A DNA stretch of 64,000 bases from an uncultured virus (IMG/VR IMGVR_UViG_3300044540_000246) (IMGVR_UViG_3300044540_000246); one strand, 5' to 3'. Positions 30,748 through 37,703 are shown, counted from the first letter of the stretch. Program-made: numbers and translations. The notes: generated by a model not told the origin, from the sequence alone.

Positions 30748-30885
30748 CGACCCATAGACGCGTCTCGGTCCGAGCGCGATCGAACACGGGCAACTCTCAA
30801 AGCAGCAACCCGCCCACTACATCACCACCGGGAACAACGGGACAAGCAACGCGGAACCGCGAACCCGCGCATCGGACCAACACAT

Positions 30886-30961
30886 TGCCAGGTGCTCTGT
30901 TGGCAGGGGCAACCGGATTCTGACTCCGGGCACGACGCAGGTTCGATTCCTGCCCTGGCAG
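30886..30961 (+). tRNA. tRNA-Gln(CTG)
   Basis: CCGGA-TTCTGAC-TCCGG; GGTTCGATTCC. Confidence 0.85.
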
Positions 30962-31010
30962 CGGACCGGCGACGAGGTAAAGGCGCAGCCCCTCGTCGCC
31001 GCATCCCCAC

Positions 31011-31075
31011 AGCTCGCAGCGGATCGCACGGGACTCATAACCCCTACGCGCCAGGTTCGAATCCTGGGCGAGCTA
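31011..31075 (+). tRNA. tRNA-Met(CAT)-like, D-arm largely absent
   Basis: AGCTCGC/GCGAGCT acceptor; CTCATAA loop; CCAGG-TTCGAAT-CCTGG. Confidence 0.55.
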
Positions 31076-31076
31076 C

Positions 31077-31149
31077 GGTCGCATAGCTCAGTTGGTAGAG
31101 CATCTCGTTTACACCGAGCAGGTCGGGCGTTCAAGTCGTCCTGCGACCA
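31077..31149 (+). tRNA. tRNA-Val(TAC)
   Basis: Canonical cloverleaf, loop TTTACAC. Confidence 0.9.
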
Positions 31150-31160
31150 CTTCCGAGCGC

Positions 31161-31352
31161 CTGCAGCGCACAGGAGATAGAGGTTCGATTCCTCTCCACG
31201 TCAGCACGCCAACACCCCGCCTGAGAGGTAGCGCCCGGTTCAACTCCGGAACAGGCTCCGGAACCAGCAGCTGACGAGGTAGCTCAATGGCCCCAAGACC
31301 GCCCCCTGCCAGGGCGGACCCGCCCGCAGCGCGAGCGTACGCGAAGCTGCAG
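31161..31352 (+). ncRNA. Y-RNA (YrlA)-like circularly permuted tRNA mimic with insertions
   Basis: Order: closing stem, T-arm, closed acceptor-like helix, D-arm, closing stem with CGAAG bulge. Confidence 0.6.
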
Positions 31353-31388
31353 CCGAGAGGGATGGCAGGCACTCCCTCTCGGCAACTT

Positions 31389-31464
31389 GCCGCAATAGCT
31401 CAGTCGGTAGAGCACTTCCTTGGTAAGGAAGAGGCCTCGGGTTCAAGTCCCGATTGTGGCTCCA
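31389..31464 (+). tRNA. tRNA-Thr(GGT)
   Basis: Canonical, loop TTGGTAA, encoded CCA. Confidence 0.95.
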
Positions 31465-31465
31465 C

Positions 31466-31541
31466 GCTCGTGTGGCTCAGCTGGCAGAGCACCGCCTCGA
31501 CACGGCGGAGGCCCCTGGTTCAAGTCCAGGCGCGAGCACCA
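31466..31541 (+). tRNA. tRNA-Val(GAC)
   Basis: Canonical, loop TCGACAC, CCA. Confidence 0.92.
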
Positions 31542-31629
31542 CCCCGCCGACAGCGCCTCCGCCCACAGGAGACGCAGACAGCGGGACACCGCCGCCCGCA
31601 ACGCCGCCCAAGGGGTTGCGGGCGGCCCT

Positions 31630-31705
31630 GGGGATGTAGCTCAGCTGGTAGAGCGCGCGCTTCGCATGCGTGAGGTCAGGGGTTCGACTCCCCTCGTTTC
31701 CACCA
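31630..31705 (+). tRNA. tRNA-Ala(CGC)
   Basis: Canonical, loop TTCGCAT, G3:U70, CCA. Confidence 0.95.
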
Positions 31706-31739
31706 CCCGCCCGAGCGCAAGCCCGGACGGCGACCCAAC

Positions 31740-31812
31740 GGGGGCATAGCTCAGCCGGTAGAGCACCTGCATGGCATGCAGGGGGTCAAGGGTTCGAGTC
31801 CCTTTGCTTCCA
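31740..31812 (+). tRNA. tRNA-Ala(GGC)
   Basis: Canonical, loop ATGGCAT. Confidence 0.93.
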
Positions 31813-31909
31813 CTCCTTTGACCGGGCACGCGCCGCGACACGTAATCGCGGTCCAGGCGGCCAGGAGCGCAAACGGAAAGCCCCACCGTCCGAAGGGAAC
31901 GGGGCGCAT

Positions 31910-32000
31910 TCCGGTGTTGGTGCTGCTGGCAGGCACCACCTGACTGTTAATCAGGCGGGCGAGAGCCCCTCCGCAGGTTCGATTCCTGCCGCCGGAGCCA
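31910..32000 (+). tRNA. tRNA-Asn(GTT) with long variable arm
   Basis: CCTGA-CTGTTAA-TCAGG; variable hairpin GGGC-GAGA-GCCC; GCCA end. Confidence 0.85.
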
Positions 32001-32027
32001 CACCTCCGTTCGCCTCGGCGAACACAC

Positions 32028-32102
32028 GCCCGTCAAGCTCAGCGTTGGTGGAGCGCCCGGTTGAAGCCCGGGAGGTTGCCGGTTCGACCCCGGCGGTGGG
32101 CA
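32028..32102 (+). tRNA. tRNA-Phe(GAA)
   Basis: CCCGG-TTGAAGC-CCGGG. Confidence 0.85.
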
Positions 32103-32103
32103 C

Positions 32104-32190
32104 GGCTCTCTGGCGGAACAGGCAGACGCGCCGGCTTCAAATACCGGTGACCGTGAGGTCGTGCGGGTTCGACCCCCGCGAGAGCTACCA
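32104..32190 (+). tRNA. tRNA-Leu(CAA)
   Basis: Class II cloverleaf, loop TTCAAAT, CCA. Confidence 0.9.
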
Positions 32191-32215
32191 GTACCCTTGG
32201 CACGGGCGCGCATGA

Positions 32216-32301
32216 TCTCGAGTTGGTGCTGCTGGCAGGCACCACCTGACTGTTAATCAGGAGCCGCAAGGCCTTCGGAGGTTCGATTCCTCCCTCGAGA
32301 G
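32216..32301 (+). tRNA. tRNA-Asn(GTT) with long variable arm, second copy
   Basis: D and anticodon arms identical to 31910 copy; variable hairpin GCC-GCAA-GGC. Confidence 0.85.
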
Positions 32302-32354
32302 CGACCCGAGCTCCGGCTCGGACCCGCGGACCTCAGCGCGCACCCTGAGGGTAT

Positions 32355-32438
32355 GGCCCCTTGGCGGAACGGTAGACGCGCTGGTCTTAGGAACCAGTAT
32401 CGCAAGGTGTGCGGGTTCGAATCCCGTGGGGGCTACCA
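32355..32438 (+). tRNA. tRNA-Leu(TAG)
   Basis: CTGGT-CTTAGGA-ACCAG, CCA. Confidence 0.93.
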
Positions 32439-32511
32439 CCGTGCCGGCTCGCTGGCGCGAAGGATCGCAAGGTCCGACCGTTCGACGGCCCCGGCCGGCC
32501 GTCGAGCTTCC

Positions 32512-32583
32512 GCCTTCGTGGTCCAAGGGACACGACGCCGGTCTACGGAACCGGAGATTCAGGTTCGATTCCTGACGAGGGCG
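32512..32583 (+). tRNA. tRNA-Arg(ACG)
   Basis: CCGGT-CTACGGA-ACCGG. Confidence 0.9.
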
Positions 32584-32590
32584 CGCATTC

Positions 32591-32663
32591 GTCTCGTTAG
32601 CTCAATGGACAGAGCGCCACCCTCCGGAGGTGGAGGCTGCAGGTTCGACCCCTGCACGGGACA
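32591..32663 (+). tRNA. tRNA-Arg(CCG)
   Basis: CCACC-CTCCGGA-GGTGG. Confidence 0.92.
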
Positions 32664-32680
32664 CGCACGCCGCACCACGA

Positions 32681-32755
32681 TCCCCGCTGGTGTATTCGGC
32701 AGCACCCCTGCCTTTGGAGCAGGTAGACGAGGTTCGAACCCTCGACGGGGAGCCA
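32681..32755 (+). tRNA. tRNA-Gln(TTG)
   Basis: CCTGC-CTTTGGA-GCAGG, CCA. Confidence 0.9.
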
Positions 32756-32812
32756 CCCCACAGACCATCACGGCTCAGGCGCCACACGCCGGCCAGAACA
32801 GGAAGACTCACC

Positions 32813-33046
32813 ATGACCACCACCCAACCCCAGACGCGCGGCCGCGGCCGCCGCAACCACAGCTCGAAGCCCACCCAGGACGTCATCGTCGTCGGCGGTC
32901 AGAAGTTCAAGCTCGCCGACCTGCCTCTCGTCGCGTTCATCAAGACGTGCGGGCACCCCGGCCGCGACTTCGCCGTCCAGGCCGGCGACCTCGTCTTCTG
33001 CGACACCTGTCGCGAGCACACGAACGTCGCCCGCATCACCGCCTGA
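32813..33046 (+). CDS. Small putative Zn-binding protein inside tRNA array
   Basis: 77 aa, basic N-terminus, CGH...CDTC; AGGAAG RBS. Confidence 0.7.
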   Translation: MTTTQPQTRGRGRRNHSSKPTQDVIVVGGQKFKLADLPLVAFIKTCGHPGRDFAVQAGDLVFCDTCREHTNVARITA

Positions 33047-33089
33047 CCCGCCAGCGCTCACGCCAGGACGGGTCAGGCGCACCCATTCT

Positions 33090-33163
33090 GGCGTACTGGC
33101 CGAGCGGTCAGGCAGCGGCCTGCAAAGCCGTCCAGTCCGGTTCGACTCCGGAGTGCGCCTCCA
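33090..33163 (+). tRNA. tRNA-Cys(GCA)
   Basis: GCGGC-CTGCAAA-GCCGT, TCCA. Confidence 0.93.
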
Positions 33164-33164
33164 C

Positions 33165-33240
33165 GCGGATGCTGGGCGACTGGCCGCCCACCTGCCTTCC
33201 AAGCAGGCCCTAGCGGGTTCGAGTCCCGTCATCCGCTCCA
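33165..33240 (+). tRNA. tRNA-Gly(TCC)
   Basis: CCTGC-CTTCCAA-GCAGG, TCCA. Confidence 0.9.
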
Positions 33241-33331
33241 CCCCCGCACCACGCGCAGACCTCCGCGGAACGAGGTTAGGACGGCAACCTGCGCCCCCGC
33301 TCGACAGGGGAACCATGCGAACAGCCCCCAC

Positions 33332-33404
33332 CCCTCCGTAGCTCAGTTGGCAGAGCAGCCGGCTCTTACCCGGCGGGCCGCAGGTTCAAGTCCTGCCGGA
33401 GGGA
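33332..33404 (+). tRNA. tRNA-Lys(CTT)
   Basis: GCCGG-CTCTTAC-CCGGC. Confidence 0.9.
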
Positions 33405-33445
33405 CCGCCGTCGCGGGCGAGTGCGCTCGCCGATGAAAGACGATC

Positions 33446-33940
33446 ATGAAGACGTGCTCGCGATGCCGGCAGGACAAACCGCATTCGGACTTCCACCGAC
33501 ACTCCAGAATGCGAGATGGGCTGCAGCGCCAATGTAAGCAGTGCCGAGTGGAGATTAACCACGCGCACTACCTCAAGACGCGCGAAGCTCACCAAGCCGC
33601 GCGCCGCAGAGCCTCCCTGAAGGTTCGCGGCCGGAACAGGGCCATCGTCATGGAAGCCGCTCGAGATGGATGCGTGGAGTGCGGGGAGAAGGACTTCCGC
33701 GTCCTCGAGTTCGACCACGTGAGAGGCGTCAAGACGGCAGACATCTCGAAGATGATCAGCCACTCGGAGGAGCGACTCAGGGCGGAGCTTACCTTGTGCG
33801 AAGTACGATGCGCCAACTGCCACCGCCGTAAGACCGCCGAGAGAGCCGGCTGGTACAGGAACTGGACCGTAGGGGTCGAGGCGTTCGTTCCCTCCGATGG
33901 CAGTTCCACGCGATCACCCAACGTAGACGAGACGGGCTGA
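33446..33940 (+). CDS. HNH endonuclease with N-terminal Zn ribbon
   Basis: MKTCSRC...CKQC; CVECGE...LEFDHV...CANCHR. Confidence 0.9.
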   Translation: MKTCSRCRQDKPHSDFHRHSRMRDGLQRQCKQCRVEINHAHYLKTREAHQAARRRASLKVRGRNRAIVMEAARDGCVECGEKDFRVLEFDHVRGVKTADISKMISHSEERLRAELTLCEVRCANCHRRKTAERAGWYRNWTVGVEAFVPSDGSSTRSPNVDETG

Positions 33941-34010
33941 GAGCGGTCGATAGCTAGTAAGCCAGTTCTCCAGGCTGGCGGCGAGAGTTCGAATCTCGTC
34001 TTGTTGTTCC
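33941..34010 (+). pseudogene. Degenerate tRNA remnant
   Basis: Anticodon-like hairpin CCAGT-TCTCCAG-GCTGG and GAGTTCGAATCTC T-arm; no intact acceptor stem. Confidence 0.45.
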
Positions 34011-34039
34011 ACGCCATCTAGGGCCCCTGGGCGGCGCAT

Positions 34040-34115
34040 GCGGTCGTAGCTCAACTGGTAGAGCGTCGCCTTGCCATGGCGAAGGTTGCGGGTTCGAGTC
34101 CCGTCGACCGCTCCA
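34040..34115 (+). tRNA. tRNA-Gly(GCC)
   Basis: Canonical, loop TTGCCAT, CCA. Confidence 0.95.
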
Positions 34116-34174
34116 CGCCCTCCGCGGCCAAGCGGAGCGGTGACCGGTGCGGGATGCCCCTCGCGCCGCAACAT

Positions 34175-34247
34175 GCGGGCGTAGCTCAGCTGGCAGAGCG
34201 CGACCTTCCCAAGGTCGATGTCGCGAGTTCGACTCTCGTCGCCCGCT
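34175..34247 (+). tRNA. tRNA-Gly(CCC)
   Basis: Canonical, loop TTCCCAA. Confidence 0.95.
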
Positions 34248-34421
34248 CGCCCCGTGGCAGGTATCCGAGCACCTCAAGACCTCGGGATGCGTCACCCCGG
34301 CAGTCACGGGGTCATCAGCGGTCTGATGTAGCCATTGGAGCAGCTCGCCGGGCGGAGTACCGGAAGGAGCGCAGTGAGCGGCCGAGCAGGAGAGAGGGAG
34401 CCGACCTCGAGACCTGCGCAT

Positions 34422-34495
34422 GCCTCGTTAGCTCAACTGGTAGAGCAGGGAACTCATAGTTCACGGGCTTCCGGGTTCAAATCCCGGGCGGGGTA
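34422..34495 (+). tRNA. tRNA-Met/Ile2(CAT)
   Basis: Loop CTCATAG; Met versus lysidine-Ile not resolved by eye. Confidence 0.85.
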
Positions 34496-34554
34496 CGACG
34501 CCGGCAGCAGGGAACAGTCGGAGCGCACGCTCAGGCTCCTGTTGGTGGCGGCAT

Positions 34555-34631
34555 GCCGGGATAGCTCAGCAGGCCAGAGCGTCCCACTCGTAATGGGAAG
34601 GCCGCCGGTTCGACTCCGGCTCTCGGCTCCA
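34555..34631 (+). tRNA. tRNA-Thr(CGT)
   Basis: TCCCA-CTCGTAA-TGGGA, CCA. Confidence 0.93.
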
Positions 34632-34728
34632 CCCGACGCGCACCCAGGGTGCTGCGTCGGCCACTCTGACCCCACCGTCCGGTCGGAGGTTTCACCACCG
34701 CACGCACCACCGCGGGAGGACGGCACAC

Positions 34729-34811
34729 GTCGATGTGGCGGAATGGCAGACGCGCCAGCTTGAGGTGCTGGTATCTGAAAGGGTGTGAGAGTTCAAATCT
34801 CTCCTTCGACA
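34729..34811 (+). tRNA. tRNA-Leu(GAG)
   Basis: CCAGC-TTGAGGT-GCTGG, class II. Confidence 0.92.
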
Positions 34812-34840
34812 CGTAACACGCTCCGGCCAACGCCGGTATC

Positions 34841-34913
34841 GCCTCCGTAGCTCAGCTGGCAGAGCAGCTGACTTTTAATCAGCGGGTCGCAGGTTCGAAA
34901 CCTGCCGGGGGCA
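34841..34913 (+). tRNA. tRNA-Lys(TTT)
   Basis: GCTGA-CTTTTAA-TCAGC. Confidence 0.95.
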
Positions 34914-34961
34914 CCCCGAACCGATATAGCAACAGCCACGCGCACGGAAGAGAGCTAGTAG

Positions 34962-35126
34962 ATGACATCAGCCAGCCAATACGCCAGCGCTGCGCGGCCG
35001 CGGAAAGTAGCACGATTGACGTTGGCTGATGTTGCGCAGATCGTGTTGATGTTCGCTTTCGACCTCGCCGTCGCCGCCGGATTGTTTGCCGGCCTGGCTG
35101 TCATCGTCGCTACGGTTCTCCCGTGA
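34962..35126 (+). CDS. Small membrane protein inside tRNA array
   Basis: 54-aa ORF with hydrophobic C-half; GTGA overlap with next ORF. Confidence 0.5.
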   Translation: MTSASQYASAARPRKVARLTLADVAQIVLMFAFDLAVAAGLFAGLAVIVATVLP

Positions 35127-35326
35127 CCGGTCCTCGCATCGACGGCCGCACCAAGCACCTCATCTACTGCGAAGATTTCCACGATGCGGCGCGCGTAGCC
35201 GGCGCGATGGACCTGCACCTGAGCGCCTGGTGCTGGATCACCGACGTGAACGCACCCGCCGACCCGGTCGTGTTCACCCGCAACCCGAACCCGACAGCTG
35301 CGGCAGACACCACACTTCCCGCGTAG
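35123..35326 (+). CDS. Small hypothetical protein inside tRNA array
   Basis: 67-aa ORF coupled to the previous one. Confidence 0.55.
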   Translation: MTGPRIDGRTKHLIYCEDFHDAARVAGAMDLHLSAWCWITDVNAPADPVVFTRNPNPTAAADTTLPA

Positions 35327-35344
35327 CACCGCGCGGGACCCCTT

Positions 35345-35430
35345 GGAGAGTGAACCGGGCAGGGTCCCGGGACCGCCTCGAAAGCGGATCGAGCCGGCGA
35401 CGGTTTGGGTTTCGAGTACCTCGCTCTCCG
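35345..35430 (+). tRNA. tRNA-Ser(CGA), 8/4 type
   Basis: 8-bp acceptor GGAGAGTG/CGCTCTCC, 4-bp T-stem, long variable arm. Confidence 0.88.
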
Positions 35431-35437
35431 CGCACCG

Positions 35438-35526
35438 GGAGGATGAACCGACCAGGCGGTCGGGGCCGCCTTGAAAGCGGATCGAGCCGGCAACGGCTTG
35501 GGTTTCGAGTACTCCATCCTCCGCCA
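35438..35526 (+). tRNA. tRNA-Ser(TGA), 8/4 type
   Basis: GGAGGATG/CATCCTCC; loop CTTGAAA; GCCA. Confidence 0.88.
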
Positions 35527-35546
35527 CACCACAGCATCATCCCTTT

Positions 35547-35636
35547 GGAGAGTGAACCGGCCGGGGCGCCGGGCACGCCTGGAAAGCGTTGCGGACCCCA
35601 CGCGGGTCTGGGATTCGAGCTCCTCGCTCTCCGCCA
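35547..35636 (+). tRNA. tRNA-Ser(GGA), 8/4 type
   Basis: Loop CTGGAAA; GCCA. Confidence 0.88.
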
Positions 35637-35651
35637 CAGCATCATCCCTTT

Positions 35652-35738
35652 GGAGAGTGAACCGGCCAGGGTGCCGGCGCTCGTTGCTAGCGAGATGGGT
35701 CCTCCGGGACTGGGTTTCGACTACTCCGCTCTCCACCA
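35652..35738 (+). tRNA. tRNA-Ser(GCT), 8/4 type
   Basis: Loop TTGCTAG; ACCA end. Confidence 0.85.
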
Positions 35739-35836
35739 TGCACGTAGGGCAGGTAGCACGTTCGACTCGTGCGCGGGGGCGGTCCCCTAGACTGGCGGCA
35801 GCCGACCCTGGGAGTTCGACTCTCCAACGTGCAGCA
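35739..35836 (+). ncRNA. tRNA-like RNA with two T-arms and no canonical anticodon arm
   Basis: TGCACGT/ACGTGCA closing stem; GCACG-TTCGACT-CGTGC and GGAG-TTCGACT-CTCC. Confidence 0.55.
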
Positions 35837-35850
35837 GAACCTGGCTCAGC

Positions 35851-36046
35851 TCCCGTAGTGCCAGACGGGACGAGAGTCGCGCGGGCGCGAAGGCACTCCG
35901 CCGCGGTGCGATGCAGCACACCGACCAGCTGCACTGAGGTCGGCGGTCACCTTCCCGAGGCCGGGGAGATGACGCAGGAACACGGCAGTACCCGGCACGA
36001 GTGATGCATCTTCGGACTGCTCAACCCGGCAACCCCGACCGGCCTC
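35851..36046 (+). ncRNA. Candidate structured RNA with three tandem H-type pseudoknots
   Basis: Three stem-loops whose loops have perfect 6-nt downstream complements. Confidence 0.55.
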
Positions 36047-36050
36047 ACTT

Positions 36051-36122
36051 GCCTCGTTAGCTCAGCGGAAGAGCGTCCGGCTTCTAACCGGCGGGCCGCT
36101 GGTTCGACTCCAGCACGGGGCG
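36051..36122 (+). tRNA. tRNA-Arg(TCT)
   Basis: Loop CTTCTAA. Confidence 0.9.
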
Positions 36123-36157
36123 CTGACCGCCAAACGCCATGGGGCGGGCAACAGAAT

Positions 36158-36237
36158 GCGAGCGTATACCCTCACGCTGATAACGTGTCGAAAGGTTAGC
36201 TGGTGGCACGTGAGTTCGAATCTCACCGCTCGCACCA
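36158..36237 (+). tRNA. tRNA-Ile(GAT)-like, rearranged (no 5' D-arm, long segment after anticodon arm)
   Basis: GCGAGCG/CGCTCGC-ACCA; CACG-CTGATAA-CGTG; GTGAG-TTCGAAT-CTCAC. Confidence 0.7.
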
Positions 36238-36361
36238 CTCCGCAGATCCAGCAGTCAGACCACAGCCCCAGCGGAAGGGCAGCATGCAGTGGAGGTCTGA
36301 CCCCTGCGGTGGGCAGGGTCGCGCCAGGGCTCGGCGACAATCGGGCTCCCCACCACCTCAC

Positions 36362-36429
36362 GGGCTGCGCGCAGGGCGCGGGCCTCCCTTGCACGGAGGC
36401 CTTGAAGGGTTCGAGTCCCTTGCGGTCCA
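36362..36429 (+). tRNA. tRNA-Ala(TGC), short D-arm
   Basis: G3:U70 acceptor GGGCTGC/GCGGTCC; CCTCC-CTTGCAC-GGAGG. Confidence 0.7.
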
Positions 36430-36433
36430 CTCC

Positions 36434-36506
36434 GCCCGTGTAGCTCAGCGGAAGAGCTCCCGCCTCCTACGCGGGGAACGCCCCCGTTCGAACCGGGGCA
36501 CGGGCT
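36434..36506 (+). tRNA. tRNA-Arg(CCT)
   Basis: CCCGC-CTCCTAC-GCGGG. Confidence 0.88.
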
Positions 36507-36588
36507 CGAAAGTCGTCATGTCCGCTGCGGAGAAGTCGCCCTCCAGGTCTCGATGAATGCCGGTGCGAACAGGTATCCTGCACGGACG

Positions 36589-37575
36589 ATGATCCGTCAC
36601 CTGCCCACCCTTGCCGCACTGCTCGTCGCAGCCGTGCTGGCTTCTGCCGTGCCCGCGAACGCCGCCGGCGACAGCGGCAGCCGAGAGGGCGATGGCCGTG
36701 AGGGTCGCCCCAGCCCGCTCCTGCCCGGGTGGGCGCTGGACAGCATCGACGGGGCACTCGACGGCCGCTACGTGCTCGACCCGGCTTCGGCCGGGCAGGG
36801 CGTCGCCGTGTACGTCATCGACACCGGCGTCGACGCCAGCAGCACACAGCTCGCCAGACGGGTCTCGGGAGGGGTCTCGCTGCTTCCCGGCTCGGTCGGG
36901 ACGGGCGACTGTAACGGGCACGGCACCCGTGTCGCGCAGGCGATCGCAGGAACTACCGTCGGTGTAGCCCCGGCCGCGACCATCATCCCGGTCCGTGCGT
37001 TCGACTGCGCCGGCCGCGGCGACGGCGCCGGCATCGCGCCCGCCCTGAACTGGATCGTCGACCATCACCCTCCCGGTGAGCCCGGCGTGATCAACGTGTC
37101 CGCCGGCGGGTGGGCCGACCCGACCACCGACGCCGCTGCGCTCGCGGCGGTCCGCGCGGGGCTGGTCGTCGTCGTATCCGCCGGGAACACCGGCGGGGAC
37201 GCGTGCGACCGATCCCCTGCTCGCGTCCCCGCAGTCATTACTGTCGCCGCCGCTACGCCAGCAGGCGCTTACGCCGACTCCGCGACCGGCCGGTGCGTCG
37301 ACCTGTGGGCGCCGGGCGCGTCAGTCATCACCACGACCGACGCCGGCTACCGGCTTAGCTCCGGAACCAGTCTCGCGGCTGCATTCGTTGCAGGCGCGGC
37401 AGCTCGCTACCTGTCGGCGGACCCGGCGGCCTCCCCTGCCGACGTCGGCCGATGGCTGACCGACCAGGCGACGGCAGCGAGCGGGCCGACGGTCCCCGGC
37501 ACCGTCACTGCGACGCTGCAGCTCCCGGCAACGATCGCGCCCGTCCGCCACGACGTGCCCCGCGCTCGAATGTAG
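36589..37575 (+). CDS. Secreted S8 subtilisin-like serine protease
   Basis: Signal peptide; VIDTGV, NGHGT, SAGN, SGTSLA triad motifs. Confidence 0.92.
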   Translation: MIRHLPTLAALLVAAVLASAVPANAAGDSGSREGDGREGRPSPLLPGWALDSIDGALDGRYVLDPASAGQGVAVYVIDTGVDASSTQLARRVSGGVSLLPGSVGTGDCNGHGTRVAQAIAGTTVGVAPAATIIPVRAFDCAGRGDGAGIAPALNWIVDHHPPGEPGVINVSAGGWADPTTDAAALAAVRAGLVVVVSAGNTGGDACDRSPARVPAVITVAAATPAGAYADSATGRCVDLWAPGASVITTTDAGYRLSSGTSLAAAFVAGAAARYLSADPAASPADVGRWLTDQATAASGPTVPGTVTATLQLPATIAPVRHDVPRARM

Positions 37576-37703
37576 CGGCGCCTGCCGAGCGCGTCACGGG
37601 CATGCGACGCAGTGGCGGCGGCACAACTTCCGTCAGCCGATGTCGGCTCTGAGCAATAAAGTGAACCTGTACGCGCTTCGCGCGTCGGAACAGAAGAAGG
37701 ACC

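Noticed and set aside
35345..35738. Selenocysteine or suppressor tRNAs
   Set aside because: Extended acceptor stems but all anticodons are Ser; no TCA, CTA or TTA anticodon found in a valid cloverleaf.
35851..35897. HDV-like/theta ribozyme
   Set aside because: Pseudoknot lacks the nested P3/P1.1 elements.
35739..36046. tmRNA (one- or two-piece)
   Set aside because: No GGGG 5' end, no G3:U70 Ala identity, no recognisable tag ORF; kept only as an unknown ncRNA.
36240..36310. SRP RNA (CCCCAG-CGGAAG-GGCAGC)
   Set aside because: Helix-8 symmetric loop spacing does not fit; likely an ordinary hairpin.
30444..36556. Many 60-290 aa ORFs over the tRNA array
   Set aside because: They overlap tRNA genes and are GC-rich shadow frames.
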